Notes: generated by a model from the sequence alone, not told the origin. Counted from the stretch's first letter, positions 19,505 through 27,612 are shown. The stretch: 39,418 nucleotides of DNA from GCF_002087085.1 NZ_MWQY01000012.1:124001-163418, one strand, 5' to 3'. Made by a program: numbers and translations.

Positions 19505-19618
19505 TGTTTTTCCTCTTGCCTGCCGATGATAGTAATTATTCCGGTTTTTGTCGAGCAGTCGGGTCTGATTCCGCGGTAATGCAGGATTCTCCGGCAACGT
19601 TTTCCGGAATAAAAAGTA

Positions 19619-19637
19619 TGGCAGATTCTATCTGTCA
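19619..19637. promoter_or_regulatory. Imperfect palindrome, putative operator upstream of the activase-like gene
   Basis: TGGCAGAT-TCT-ATCTGTCA (7 of 8 arm positions pair), overlapping a weak minus-strand TAGACT-N16-CATACT promoter. Confidence 0.4.
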
Positions 19638-19683
19638 GTCTATTATGCAGAGGGTCAGACGTGAGAATACTAATGAAAAAATT

Positions 19684-19738
19684 TGTAACATAAATGTAAT
19701 ACAGGCTTCAGATTTGCTTCATAAATATTCCTTAGATT
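19684..19738 (+). promoter_or_regulatory. OmpR-family (CopR-like) direct-repeat sites plus -10 element for the SHOCT gene
   Basis: TGTAA at 19684 and 19695 and GCTTCA at 19705 and 19716, each pair 11 bp apart. TAGATT at 19733-19738 is a -10 candidate with no good -35. Confidence 0.55.
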
Positions 19739-19798
19739 GTACTTGAACACCGGGAGGAAGAATCCCGGATGAAAGATGTGTTCTGGAGGATAGTAAGT

Positions 19799-20329
19799 AT
19801 GAAACGCTACTTTTTTGTTTTTTTTGCCGTGTTTATTCTTGTTTCCGTAGCCGTCTGGGGCGATTCTGATACCCATGATCAGAGCATTGCGGATGTGGAG
19901 TCTGAAATCAGGGACGTCCTGGGACTGACCATGACCGAAAACATAAATCCGGAAAAGGTTCCTGACAACCTGATGCTCGAACTTGGTGACGCTGTAATGG
20001 CCAGTCATGTCGGCAGTGGAGCGCAGCACGAATGGATGGACCGGATGATGGGCGGAGAAGGCTCCGATTCGCTGGACTCTGCACACCGGTGGATGGCTTT
20101 CCAGTATCTTACCGGCGGCTATGGTGCTTCTGGTATGGGGGGTTACGGTATGATGGGAGGCGGCATGATGGGCGGCGGCATAGGCCGCGGCTGGGGCCTG
20201 ATGAGCAATTCGGGGGTAGAGAATTATTCCAACCCCTACAATTCGCCCGAGGACATCCTCAAGCGGCGCTATGCCGCCGGAGAGATTACCCGGGAACAGT
20301 ATCAGCAGATGCTCAAGGATCTGCAATAA
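19799..20329 (+). CDS. Exported Met/His/Gly-rich protein with C-terminal SHOCT domain
   Basis: GGAGGA RBS; signal peptide MKRYFFVFFAVFILVSVAVWG; HEWMDRMMGGEGS; GMMGGGMMGG; SHOCT PEDILKRRYAAGEITREQYQQMLKDL. Confidence 0.85.
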   Translation: MKRYFFVFFAVFILVSVAVWGDSDTHDQSIADVESEIRDVLGLTMTENINPEKVPDNLMLELGDAVMASHVGSGAQHEWMDRMMGGEGSDSLDSAHRWMAFQYLTGGYGASGMGGYGMMGGGMMGGGIGRGWGLMSNSGVENYSNPYNSPEDILKRRYAAGEITREQYQQMLKDLQ

Positions 20330-20339
20330 TGCCCCTCCT

Positions 20340-20382
20340 GCCGGGGGTAACGCGCATCAGCCACGTAACCCCCGGCTTTTTT
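20340..20382 (+). terminator. Rho-independent terminator after the SHOCT gene
   Basis: GCCGGGGGT...ACCCCCGGC stem followed by TTTTTT. Confidence 0.7.
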
Positions 20383-20401
20383 CATTACCGGAGCACCCTG
20401 T

Positions 20402-21022
20402 ATGAAATCCGATCAGGAACGTATACAACGCCGATATGACCGCATAGCGCCCCTGTACGATCTGCTTGAGCGCCCCATGGAAGCCAGTTTTGTGGCATGG
20501 AGAGTGCAGCTTCTGACCAAGGCTGCCGGCCGTGTTCTGGAAGTCGGCGTCGGCACCGGCAAGAATCTTCCCTATTATCCGCCCGATGTATCGGTAACGG
20601 GAATCGATTTCAGCCGCGAAATGATTGAACGAGCCCGGTCCCGGGTGGAGAGTCAGGGTCTGGATAACGTGACCCTCATTGAAATGAACGCGGAAGAGCT
20701 TTCCTTTGAGGATAACAGCTTTGACACAATAGTCAGTACCTGTGTTTTCTGCTCGGTGCCGCTACCGGTAAACGGGCTGCGGGAGTTGCAGAGAGTCTGC
20801 AGGCCCGACGGGAGAGTCCTCATGCTCGAGCATGTCAGGAGTGAGGGACCTGTTATGGGTCCCCTTATGGATTTCCTGAACCCCCTTCCCCTCTATCTGT
20901 ATGGAGCCAACATAAACCGCCGGACTGTGGATAATCTGCTGCAGGCCGGTTTTCAGCACATAGAGGTAACAAACCTGTGGCGCGATATCGTCAAACAGAT
21001 AATTGCCCGTCCGGGCGCATGA
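20402..21022 (+). CDS. Class I SAM-dependent methyltransferase
   Basis: RYDRIAPLYD, VLEVGVGTGKNL, GIDFSREM, FEDNSFDTIV, CVFCSVP and LMLEHVRS. Confidence 0.92.
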   Translation: MKSDQERIQRRYDRIAPLYDLLERPMEASFVAWRVQLLTKAAGRVLEVGVGTGKNLPYYPPDVSVTGIDFSREMIERARSRVESQGLDNVTLIEMNAEELSFEDNSFDTIVSTCVFCSVPLPVNGLRELQRVCRPDGRVLMLEHVRSEGPVMGPLMDFLNPLPLYLYGANINRRTVDNLLQAGFQHIEVTNLWRDIVKQIIARPGA

Positions 21023-21059
21023 GTTCTTCGTACCCCGGTGCGGAAGGATATACGATACT

Positions 21060-22985
21060 ATGAATGACAACCTACTGAAGCAACCACAACGTTATGTTCT
21101 TGCAGGTACCGACATTGCAGGCGGGCCTTCCGTGGCCGGCATTCTTGTTTCCGGCGTTTCCGGACCTGAAGGCTTCTCGAAGGAAAAAAAGTTTACATCG
21201 ACTACATCCGGTGCAGAAGAAGAGAAGTATAGCATTGAGACGGAAATTGCCCTGCTTGGGGATGAAGTTCGTTCCATGGCGGAAATACTGAACCGGGAAG
21301 GTTTCGAGTCGGAGTCGAAAATACTCGATACGCATGTTCTGATGCTTGAGGACGAAGGAATAAAGTCCAGACTCATGCACCGAATTGAGGAGTACGGAGA
21401 GTCTGCAGAGGAAGCGGTGGTCTGTGTATTCGGAGAAATGAAAGATCGCCTGCTGGAATCGGATAATGCCCTGATACGTGAACGATCCGCTGATGTTGAG
21501 GATCTGATGCAGCGTCTTAAGTCTCGATTATCCGGAATTGAGCAAATCCGGGAATTGCCCGTCCCGGTAAGAAACGCCTCCCTGGTGCTTGTTTTTCCAG
21601 AACTCTTTGTATCGAATGTTGTGGAGGCTCGAAACGCCGGTGTTGCGGCGATTATCGTTGAGTCCGGAACAGGATTTTCCCACGCTGCCATCATGGCGAA
21701 AGCATTCGGGATACCCGTACTTAGAGTCAATGGTATTGAAAAGCTGTATGAAGCGATGGGCGCAATAGTCGTGGTGGATGTGGAAAACGGTCGACTGGTG
21801 ATACATGCCGACGAAGACGACATTTCGTCAGCTGCACTGGCATCCGCAACTGCGACGGATGAAGCATATATCGACTCGCCCCTGAATATATGGCTCAATC
21901 TTGTTGATACGGATTCACATCCCCCGGAATCGTTACATGGCGATACTATAGCGGGAATCGGGCTCTTTCGGAGTGAGTCTCTGCTTACCGAGCGATTGTC
22001 AGGATTCCCCAGCGAAGAAGAACAGTACGCAGTCTATCTACAGCTCTGCAGACGGTGGAAGCGTTATCCCGTTACTATCCGCATGTTTGATATCGGTGGC
22101 GACAAGACCGTACCGTATTTTTCACTGGGACCACAGGATAATCCTTTTCTGGGACTGCGGGCCCACCGACTGTATCGCTTTCATCCGGAGCTTTTCATGA
22201 ATCAGGTCCGGGCAATTCTTCGAGCCGGTATTGAGTGTTCTGATCTTCGTATTCTTTTCCCGATGATAGAAACAGTTGAGGAGCTCAAATATCTGCAGGA
22301 ACTGCTGGCGTCTGCGATGGAAGAAATGAAGCAACAGGGAACGGCGTATCGTCATGACGTTAAACAGGGAGTATTGATTGAAGTTCCTTCCGCTGTATGG
22401 ATTCTGAAAGATCTACTGGAACGGCTGGATTTCATCAGCGTCGGTACCAATGATCTGTTGCAGTACCATTTTGCAGTTGATCGCGGTAATATTAATGTGA
22501 GTAATTACTACCAACCCGAGCATCCGTCAGCTCTTCGGATGCTGAAATATATTGCTGACGCTGCATCGGAATCCGGGAAGCAGATTACTCTCTGTGGAGA
22601 GATTGCAGCGGATCCGTATCTTGTTCCTGTACTTTACGGTATGGGGTTCAGGGATCTCAGTGTCGACTTCCATGCCGTTAATTCTGTCCGGCTTTCCGTG
22701 CCTGAAGGTTCAAGCGACGGGTTGGAGAATATTGCCGCCCGTTGTGTGTCCGCATCCTCAATCGAGGAGGTACACGCGATCTTGGACGAATCGGGAGGTT
22801 CTGATCGCTTGAAGCCTCTCGACCACAGTAATCGGGGGACAGGATTCATTGATCCTGTTTGTGGAATGGTAGTCCACAGGCAGGAAAATCTATACTCGTT
22901 TACTACGGACAGGGAGACGTACTTTTTTTGTTCGCCGGAATGTTTAGAGCAGTTTTCCCGTAAACCTGAAAGGTATATACGCTAA
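21060..22985 (+). CDS. ptsP: PEP-protein phosphotransferase (PTS Enzyme I, PtsI-like) fused to a C-terminal YHS domain
   Basis: IRERSADVED; phospho-His motif GTGFSHAAIMAKAFGIP; GIGLFRSE, IRMFDIGGDK, NPFLGLRA, IEVPSA, SVGTNDLLQY..AVDR and LCGEIA; C-terminus DPVCGM..YFFCSPECLEQF..PERY. ATG 21060 (641 aa). Confidence 0.92.
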   Translation: MNDNLLKQPQRYVLAGTDIAGGPSVAGILVSGVSGPEGFSKEKKFTSTTSGAEEEKYSIETEIALLGDEVRSMAEILNREGFESESKILDTHVLMLEDEGIKSRLMHRIEEYGESAEEAVVCVFGEMKDRLLESDNALIRERSADVEDLMQRLKSRLSGIEQIRELPVPVRNASLVLVFPELFVSNVVEARNAGVAAIIVESGTGFSHAAIMAKAFGIPVLRVNGIEKLYEAMGAIVVVDVENGRLVIHADEDDISSAALASATATDEAYIDSPLNIWLNLVDTDSHPPESLHGDTIAGIGLFRSESLLTERLSGFPSEEEQYAVYLQLCRRWKRYPVTIRMFDIGGDKTVPYFSLGPQDNPFLGLRAHRLYRFHPELFMNQVRAILRAGIECSDLRILFPMIETVEELKYLQELLASAMEEMKQQGTAYRHDVKQGVLIEVPSAVWILKDLLERLDFISVGTNDLLQYHFAVDRGNINVSNYYQPEHPSALRMLKYIADAASESGKQITLCGEIAADPYLVPVLYGMGFRDLSVDFHAVNSVRLSVPEGSSDGLENIAARCVSASSIEEVHAILDESGGSDRLKPLDHSNRGTGFIDPVCGMVVHRQENLYSFTTDRETYFFCSPECLEQFSRKPERYIR

Positions 22986-23054
22986 TTCATGCAAGAAATC
23001 GACCTTGAGGATTTGCTTTCTCCGGATGAACGATGACGAGTTGTTCCGGACTCA

Positions 23055-24176
23055 TCAGGAATCTGAATCTATGGGAAGGGTTAAGGTAAAGGTGCTGCCG
23101 AAGCCGGGCCCCCGGCTGTCTGCGGTAATAGTGCCGCCGTGGGCGCGGGCCAGGTGGATCGCGATGGTCAATCCGATTCCGCTGCCTCCGTGGGCCCGGG
23201 CCCGGGAAGAATCGACCCGGTAGAAGCGGTCGAAGAGATGCGGCAGATGTTCCGGCGCAATTCCTATGCCGGTATCCTGGATTGAGAACCGGAGATGAGA
23301 GTTGAGGAGGCTGCATTTGAGCCGTACAACTCCACCCTGGTTTGTGTATTGCAGCGCGTTGCCGAGCAGGTTGATCAGGATCTGCAGTACCCGTTCACTG
23401 TCCATCCTGATATGTGGCAGGTTGTGGGATACTTCCACGACAAGCTGCACGCCTTTGTCTTCAAACTGGGATTCCAGCCGGGATACGGTACGACGTATGA
23501 GCTCCGCCGGATTGGTCTGCTCGAGATCTAGCTGAATAATCCCCGCTTCCGCCTTCGAGAGCTGGCTCAGTTCCTCGGTCAGGCGCTGCAGCCGGGATGT
23601 TTCTCGCTGGACATCGAGGAAGGTTTCGGTATCCGGAGAAAGCACCCCGTCGATAAGCCCCTCCATCATGCTGCGGATTCCCGTCAGGGGTGTCTTGAGC
23701 TCATGGGCGAGGTTCCCGATCAGCTCCGTACGTCGGCGCTCGGTTCCTTCCAGGATTTCCGCCATCTGGTTAAAACTCAGGGCCAGTTCGCCCAGCTCGT
23801 CATTCCATTTGGTCTGTATCCTGTCGCTGTAATTGCCGTCCGCTATGCGTTTGCTTGCTTCCATCAGGGACCGGATGGGGCTGACGATCCTCCAGGCAAT
23901 GAAACTGCTTGCCAGTACCGCGGCAACAGAGGCTACAACCCCGGAAATGAGAAGAATCTCATTGCTTGCCGCCAGAAAATTTCTGCGCAGGTCCTCCGCC
24001 ATTGCATTATCCGGTCCCAGAAGGATCCGCATGTGTTCCATGTGGTGCAGAAACGCGTTGGGCGCCTGAATCCGGGATGTAACTACCAGAACCAGGCTGC
24101 CGACAACAACGATCAGAATGTGCGAAAGGAAGAGCTTCCAGCCCAGCAGGTGAGGTACGGGTTTCCTGATTTTCAT
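23055..24176 (-). CDS. HAMP sensor histidine kinase (BaeS/CopS-like)
   Basis: 2 TM with a short FLHHMEHM loop, HAMP (DELGELALSFNQMA), H-box AHELKTPL, N-box QILINLLGNALQY, DTGIGI and GGSGIGL. Confidence 0.95.
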   Translation of the reverse strand: MKIRKPVPHLLGWKLFLSHILIVVVGSLVLVVTSRIQAPNAFLHHMEHMRILLGPDNAMAEDLRRNFLAASNEILLISGVVASVAAVLASSFIAWRIVSPIRSLMEASKRIADGNYSDRIQTKWNDELGELALSFNQMAEILEGTERRRTELIGNLAHELKTPLTGIRSMMEGLIDGVLSPDTETFLDVQRETSRLQRLTEELSQLSKAEAGIIQLDLEQTNPAELIRRTVSRLESQFEDKGVQLVVEVSHNLPHIRMDSERVLQILINLLGNALQYTNQGGVVRLKCSLLNSHLRFSIQDTGIGIAPEHLPHLFDRFYRVDSSRARAHGGSGIGLTIAIHLARAHGGTITADSRGPGFGSTFTLTLPIDSDS

Positions 24177-24883
24177 GCGTTTGCCGCCTCAAAACGGTAT
24201 CCGGCGCTGCGCACCGTCACGACAATGCCGGCGGAGGCCGGATTATCCTCTATTTTCTGCCGCAGGCGCCGGATGTGAACATCCACAACACGCTCATCGA
24301 TGTAATAGTCGTCCTTCCACACATGCTCGATGAGCTGGTCCCGGCTGAGCACTCTGTCGTGGTTGGTTGCCAGGACATGCAGCAGATCGAATTCGATCGG
24401 TGTCAGCTGCAGCAGCCGGTCGTCCTTCCATACTTTTCGCCCCGCCGGATCGATGGTAATCCGGGAGAACCGGATTGACCGGTCCCCCTCGCTGGTCGAA
24501 TGCCGTTCACGGCGCTGGAGTACCGTTACCCGGGCTGCCACTTCCCGTGGACTGAAGGGTTTGACAACATAATCATCGGCACCCATCCGCAGTCCGAGGA
24601 GCCGGTCCGTTTCGTCTCCCCGGGCGCTCAGCATCAGAACCATGACGGAAGATTCCTGCCGTATGCGGCGGAGCACCTCTATGCCGTCGATCCCGGGGAG
24701 CATGACATCCAGAATTATTACCGAGGGCGTGAACCTGCGCATTGCAGGAAGAACCTCGTTGCCGTGGGAAACTTCCTCTACCTCATACCCCTCGTTTTCC
24801 AGGTACGCCCGCAGGGATTTCCTGATTGCCGACTCGTCGTCGACAACCAGTACCCGCTTTTCCGTCTTCATAGCGTTACTCAT
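24173..24883 (-). CDS. OmpR-family response regulator (CopR-like)
   Basis: VLVVDDE, LDVMLPGIDG, GADDYVVKPF, LTPIEFDLL, VVDVHIRRLRQK and TVRSAGY. 4-bp overlap with the kinase; alternative start at 24871. Confidence 0.95.
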   Translation of the reverse strand: MSNAMKTEKRVLVVDDESAIRKSLRAYLENEGYEVEEVSHGNEVLPAMRRFTPSVIILDVMLPGIDGIEVLRRIRQESSVMVLMLSARGDETDRLLGLRMGADDYVVKPFSPREVAARVTVLQRRERHSTSEGDRSIRFSRITIDPAGRKVWKDDRLLQLTPIEFDLLHVLATNHDRVLSRDQLIEHVWKDDYYIDERVVDVHIRRLRQKIEDNPASAGIVVTVRSAGYRFEAANA

Positions 24884-24933
24884 CCCCGCTCAGGAGAAAT
24901 TGACTCCGTCTACCGGCCGCCGGGTGCGAAACT

Positions 24934-26955
24934 TCACGCGGTGGCCTCCTCCAGCTCCTCTTTTTTGACCCGCAGGAGCCGGGCGTTGATAGCGACGATA
25001 ACCGTGGAGAGGGACATGAGGATCGCGCCGACTTCGGGAGAGAGCACGATGCCTGCGTTGTAGAGAACACCTGCTGCCAGAGGAATAGCCACGACGTTGT
25101 ACCCGGTTGCCCAGATCAGGTTCTGCACCATTTTTTGATAGGTTGCTCTACCGAAAAGGATCAGGGCGGTAATGTCCAAGGGATTGGAATTGACAAGAAT
25201 AATGTCCGCCGTGGAAGCCGCGACATCCGTTCCCGAGCCGACCGCAATACCCACTTGGGCCTGTGCCAACGCTGGTGAGTCGTTAACGCCGTCGCCGGTC
25301 ATGGCGACGTATTCTCCCTTTTTCTGCAGTTCCTTTATCTTCTCCTGTTTCTGGTCCGGCAGAACCTCCGCAAAGAAGCCGTCCATTCCCAGTTCCTCTG
25401 CAACTGCCTTCGCTGTAGCAGTGTTATCTCCAGTAAGCATCCAGCACTTTATGCCCCGTTTCTGCAGGGCCTGCACCGCTTTGTAGGATTCGGGACGGAT
25501 GGTATCGGAAAGGGCCAGAGATCCCGCAATGGTGTTGTCCACAAGAACGAACACCCTGGTAACCCCCCCTTTGGCTTCCGCACCTTCCGGAATCGCAAGA
25601 TTCTGCTCCTTCAGGTATCCGGGGCTGACTACCTCTATCTGCTTTCCGGAAACGATACCGGAGACCCCTTTTCCCTTGATGGCTTCGAAATTATCCGCCG
25701 ACTCAGGCTTGATCCCCATGGTCGTGGCTTTCTGAACAATTCCCTTGCCGATAGGGTGCTCGGAATGCCCTTCCAGGCTGGCGGCGAAGGAGACAATCTG
25801 CTCTTCGGTGTAACTGTCGCTGTGAACGTTGACGGCGGTTACTTCGAAGGTCCCGTTGGTCAGGGTTCCGGTTTTGTCGAATACCAGGGTGCTTATTCTG
25901 CGGGCGTTTTCGAAGGCTGTCCGGTTGCGTATCAGAAGACCATTCTGGGCAGATTTCGAGGTGGAAACGGAGACAACAAGAGGAATCGCCAGGCCGAGGG
26001 CATGGGGGCAGGTAATGATCATGACCGTGGCCATGCGTGCGATTGAGAACTGCAAATCCATTCCGGCGATAAGCCAGGCGGCAAGGGTAACGGCCCCCAC
26101 GCTTATGGCGACAATGGTAAGCCAGAAGGCCGCCCGGTCGGAGAGGGCCTGGGTTTTGGATTTTGCTGCCTGGGCCTCGCGTACCATGTTGATGACCTTG
26201 GAAAGGTACGAATCCTCGCCGGCGCCTTCGACCCGAAGCTCCAGAGATCCGTCGCCGTTGATCGAACCGCCGATCAGGGTGTCGCCGGTCTGCTTTTTGA
26301 CGGGCCTGGATTCCCCGGTCAGCATCGATTCGTCGATGTAGCTTTCGCCCCTGACGACCTCGCCGTCGGAGGGAATCTTTTCTCCTGGTTTGATCAGCAG
26401 CACGTCCCCTTTTTGGATTTCTGATAAAGGAACGTCTTCCGTTTCGTCGCCTTTTTTACGGTGAGCTTCGCTCGGCATGAGCTGTGCCAGTTTTTCCAGG
26501 GAGGACGAGGCGCTCAGGACCGATGCCATCTCGATCCAGTGTCCCGCCAGCATGATTGCTATCAGGGTTGCAAGTTCCCAGTAAAAAGGCGACCCTTGCA
26601 GGCCGAAGGTCACCGCCGCGCTGTAGACGTAGGCGACTGAAATAGCCAACCCGATAAGAGTCATCATGCCGGGATTTTTCGCCTTTAATTCGCTGATCAG
26701 ACCTGAGAGGAATGGACGTCCTCCATAGAAGAAGATAACCGTTGCCAGTGTGAAAACTACGTAGTCCGACCCTGCGAACCCGAAGGAAAATCCCAGCAGC
26801 TGTTGAATAAGTTTCGAAAGGGCCAGGATCGGGACGGTAAGAACAAGGGTAACATAGAAGCGCCTCCTGAAGTCCCGTATCATCATGCGGTGGTGTTCGT
26901 TGTGGTCGTGATGACTCTGGTGTTCATGATGTTCGTGATGGTCGGTTGTGGCCAT
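24934..26955 (-). CDS. copB: Copper-translocating P1B-3 type ATPase
   Basis: His-rich N-terminus DHHEHHEHQSHHDHNEHH, TGES, CPHALGLA, DKTGT, SEHP, GDGVND, YN and MSLST. GGAGG RBS. Confidence 0.95.
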   Translation of the reverse strand: MATTDHHEHHEHQSHHDHNEHHRMMIRDFRRRFYVTLVLTVPILALSKLIQQLLGFSFGFAGSDYVVFTLATVIFFYGGRPFLSGLISELKAKNPGMMTLIGLAISVAYVYSAAVTFGLQGSPFYWELATLIAIMLAGHWIEMASVLSASSSLEKLAQLMPSEAHRKKGDETEDVPLSEIQKGDVLLIKPGEKIPSDGEVVRGESYIDESMLTGESRPVKKQTGDTLIGGSINGDGSLELRVEGAGEDSYLSKVINMVREAQAAKSKTQALSDRAAFWLTIVAISVGAVTLAAWLIAGMDLQFSIARMATVMIITCPHALGLAIPLVVSVSTSKSAQNGLLIRNRTAFENARRISTLVFDKTGTLTNGTFEVTAVNVHSDSYTEEQIVSFAASLEGHSEHPIGKGIVQKATTMGIKPESADNFEAIKGKGVSGIVSGKQIEVVSPGYLKEQNLAIPEGAEAKGGVTRVFVLVDNTIAGSLALSDTIRPESYKAVQALQKRGIKCWMLTGDNTATAKAVAEELGMDGFFAEVLPDQKQEKIKELQKKGEYVAMTGDGVNDSPALAQAQVGIAVGSGTDVAASTADIILVNSNPLDITALILFGRATYQKMVQNLIWATGYNVVAIPLAAGVLYNAGIVLSPEVGAILMSLSTVIVAINARLLRVKKEELEEATA

Positions 26956-27151
26956 AAAAATCCTCCGTGTTTTGCGCAGCGGGAATCCCCGGAACGGTTA
27001 CATATAAACGCATATCCGACGGAAAAGAACAGACCTGCAAGAATGAGCCGCATGCTCTGCCCGGCAGAGACTCCGCTTCAAAGGTAAAAATCTCTGGCGT
27101 AAAGATCTAACGAATCCGTTACGTCGATGATTTTATGATCATTCTTATAAG

Positions 27152-27180
27152 AATATACTATACCCCCCCGGGGTATTCAA
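27152..27180 (-). promoter_or_regulatory. Sigma-70 promoter for copB with a CsoR-type operator in the spacer
   Basis: Minus strand reads TTGAAT-N17-TATATT; plus strand 27160-27176 is ATACCCCCCCGGGGTAT (ATAC-C tract/G tract-GTAT). Confidence 0.8.
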
Positions 27181-27327
27181 GAAAAATCATTATCCACCAT
27201 AATATGGTAATACGCGCTCTTGACGTGTATATTTTTTCCCCCCATGATTTACATGAAGGCAAGATTAGATTCAAAACTGGCACCGGGAGGGCTTTTCCTG
27301 CATGTCGGTTCCTGTCGGGGGGATAAT

Positions 27328-27612
27328 ATGAGCGATTCGCAGAAGAAAACCAAACTGATGGAAGTCTCAGTCTGCATAGGAACGAATTGTGCGTTCCGCG
27401 GTGCATCGCAGCTCATGGAAGCCCTTGTTGCAGATAAAGAAATCCGTGAAAAATGTACCATTCATGAGATTTCGTGCCAGAACGATATGTGTGATCATTC
27501 CCGCAGATCTCCGGTGGTTCGGATAGATGGTGACTATTTTCTGGAGGCACGCCCGGAAGTAATCCTCGACGAAGTCCATCGGCGTATCGCGATGAAAAAG
27601 ATTAAGGCCTGA
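27328..27612 (+). CDS. Thioredoxin-like [2Fe-2S] ferredoxin (NuoE/HfsA-like small protein)
   Basis: VSVCIGTNCAFRGA...SCQNDMC...SPVVRIDG; ATG 27328 after GGGGGA; 3 nt before the hydrogenase gene. Confidence 0.85.
   Translation: MSDSQKKTKLMEVSVCIGTNCAFRGASQLMEALVADKEIREKCTIHEISCQNDMCDHSRRSPVVRIDGDYFLEARPEVILDEVHRRIAMKKIKA

Noticed and set aside
20110..20200. Repetitive GGC/ATG-rich DNA
   Set aside because: Explained by the Gly/Met-rich coding tract; not a DNA repeat or CRISPR array.
26883..27053. Small minus-strand ORF MRLILAGLFFSVGYAFICN... in the copB leader
   Set aside because: No clear RBS and it runs out of frame into copB. It could be a gene remnant but cannot be supported.
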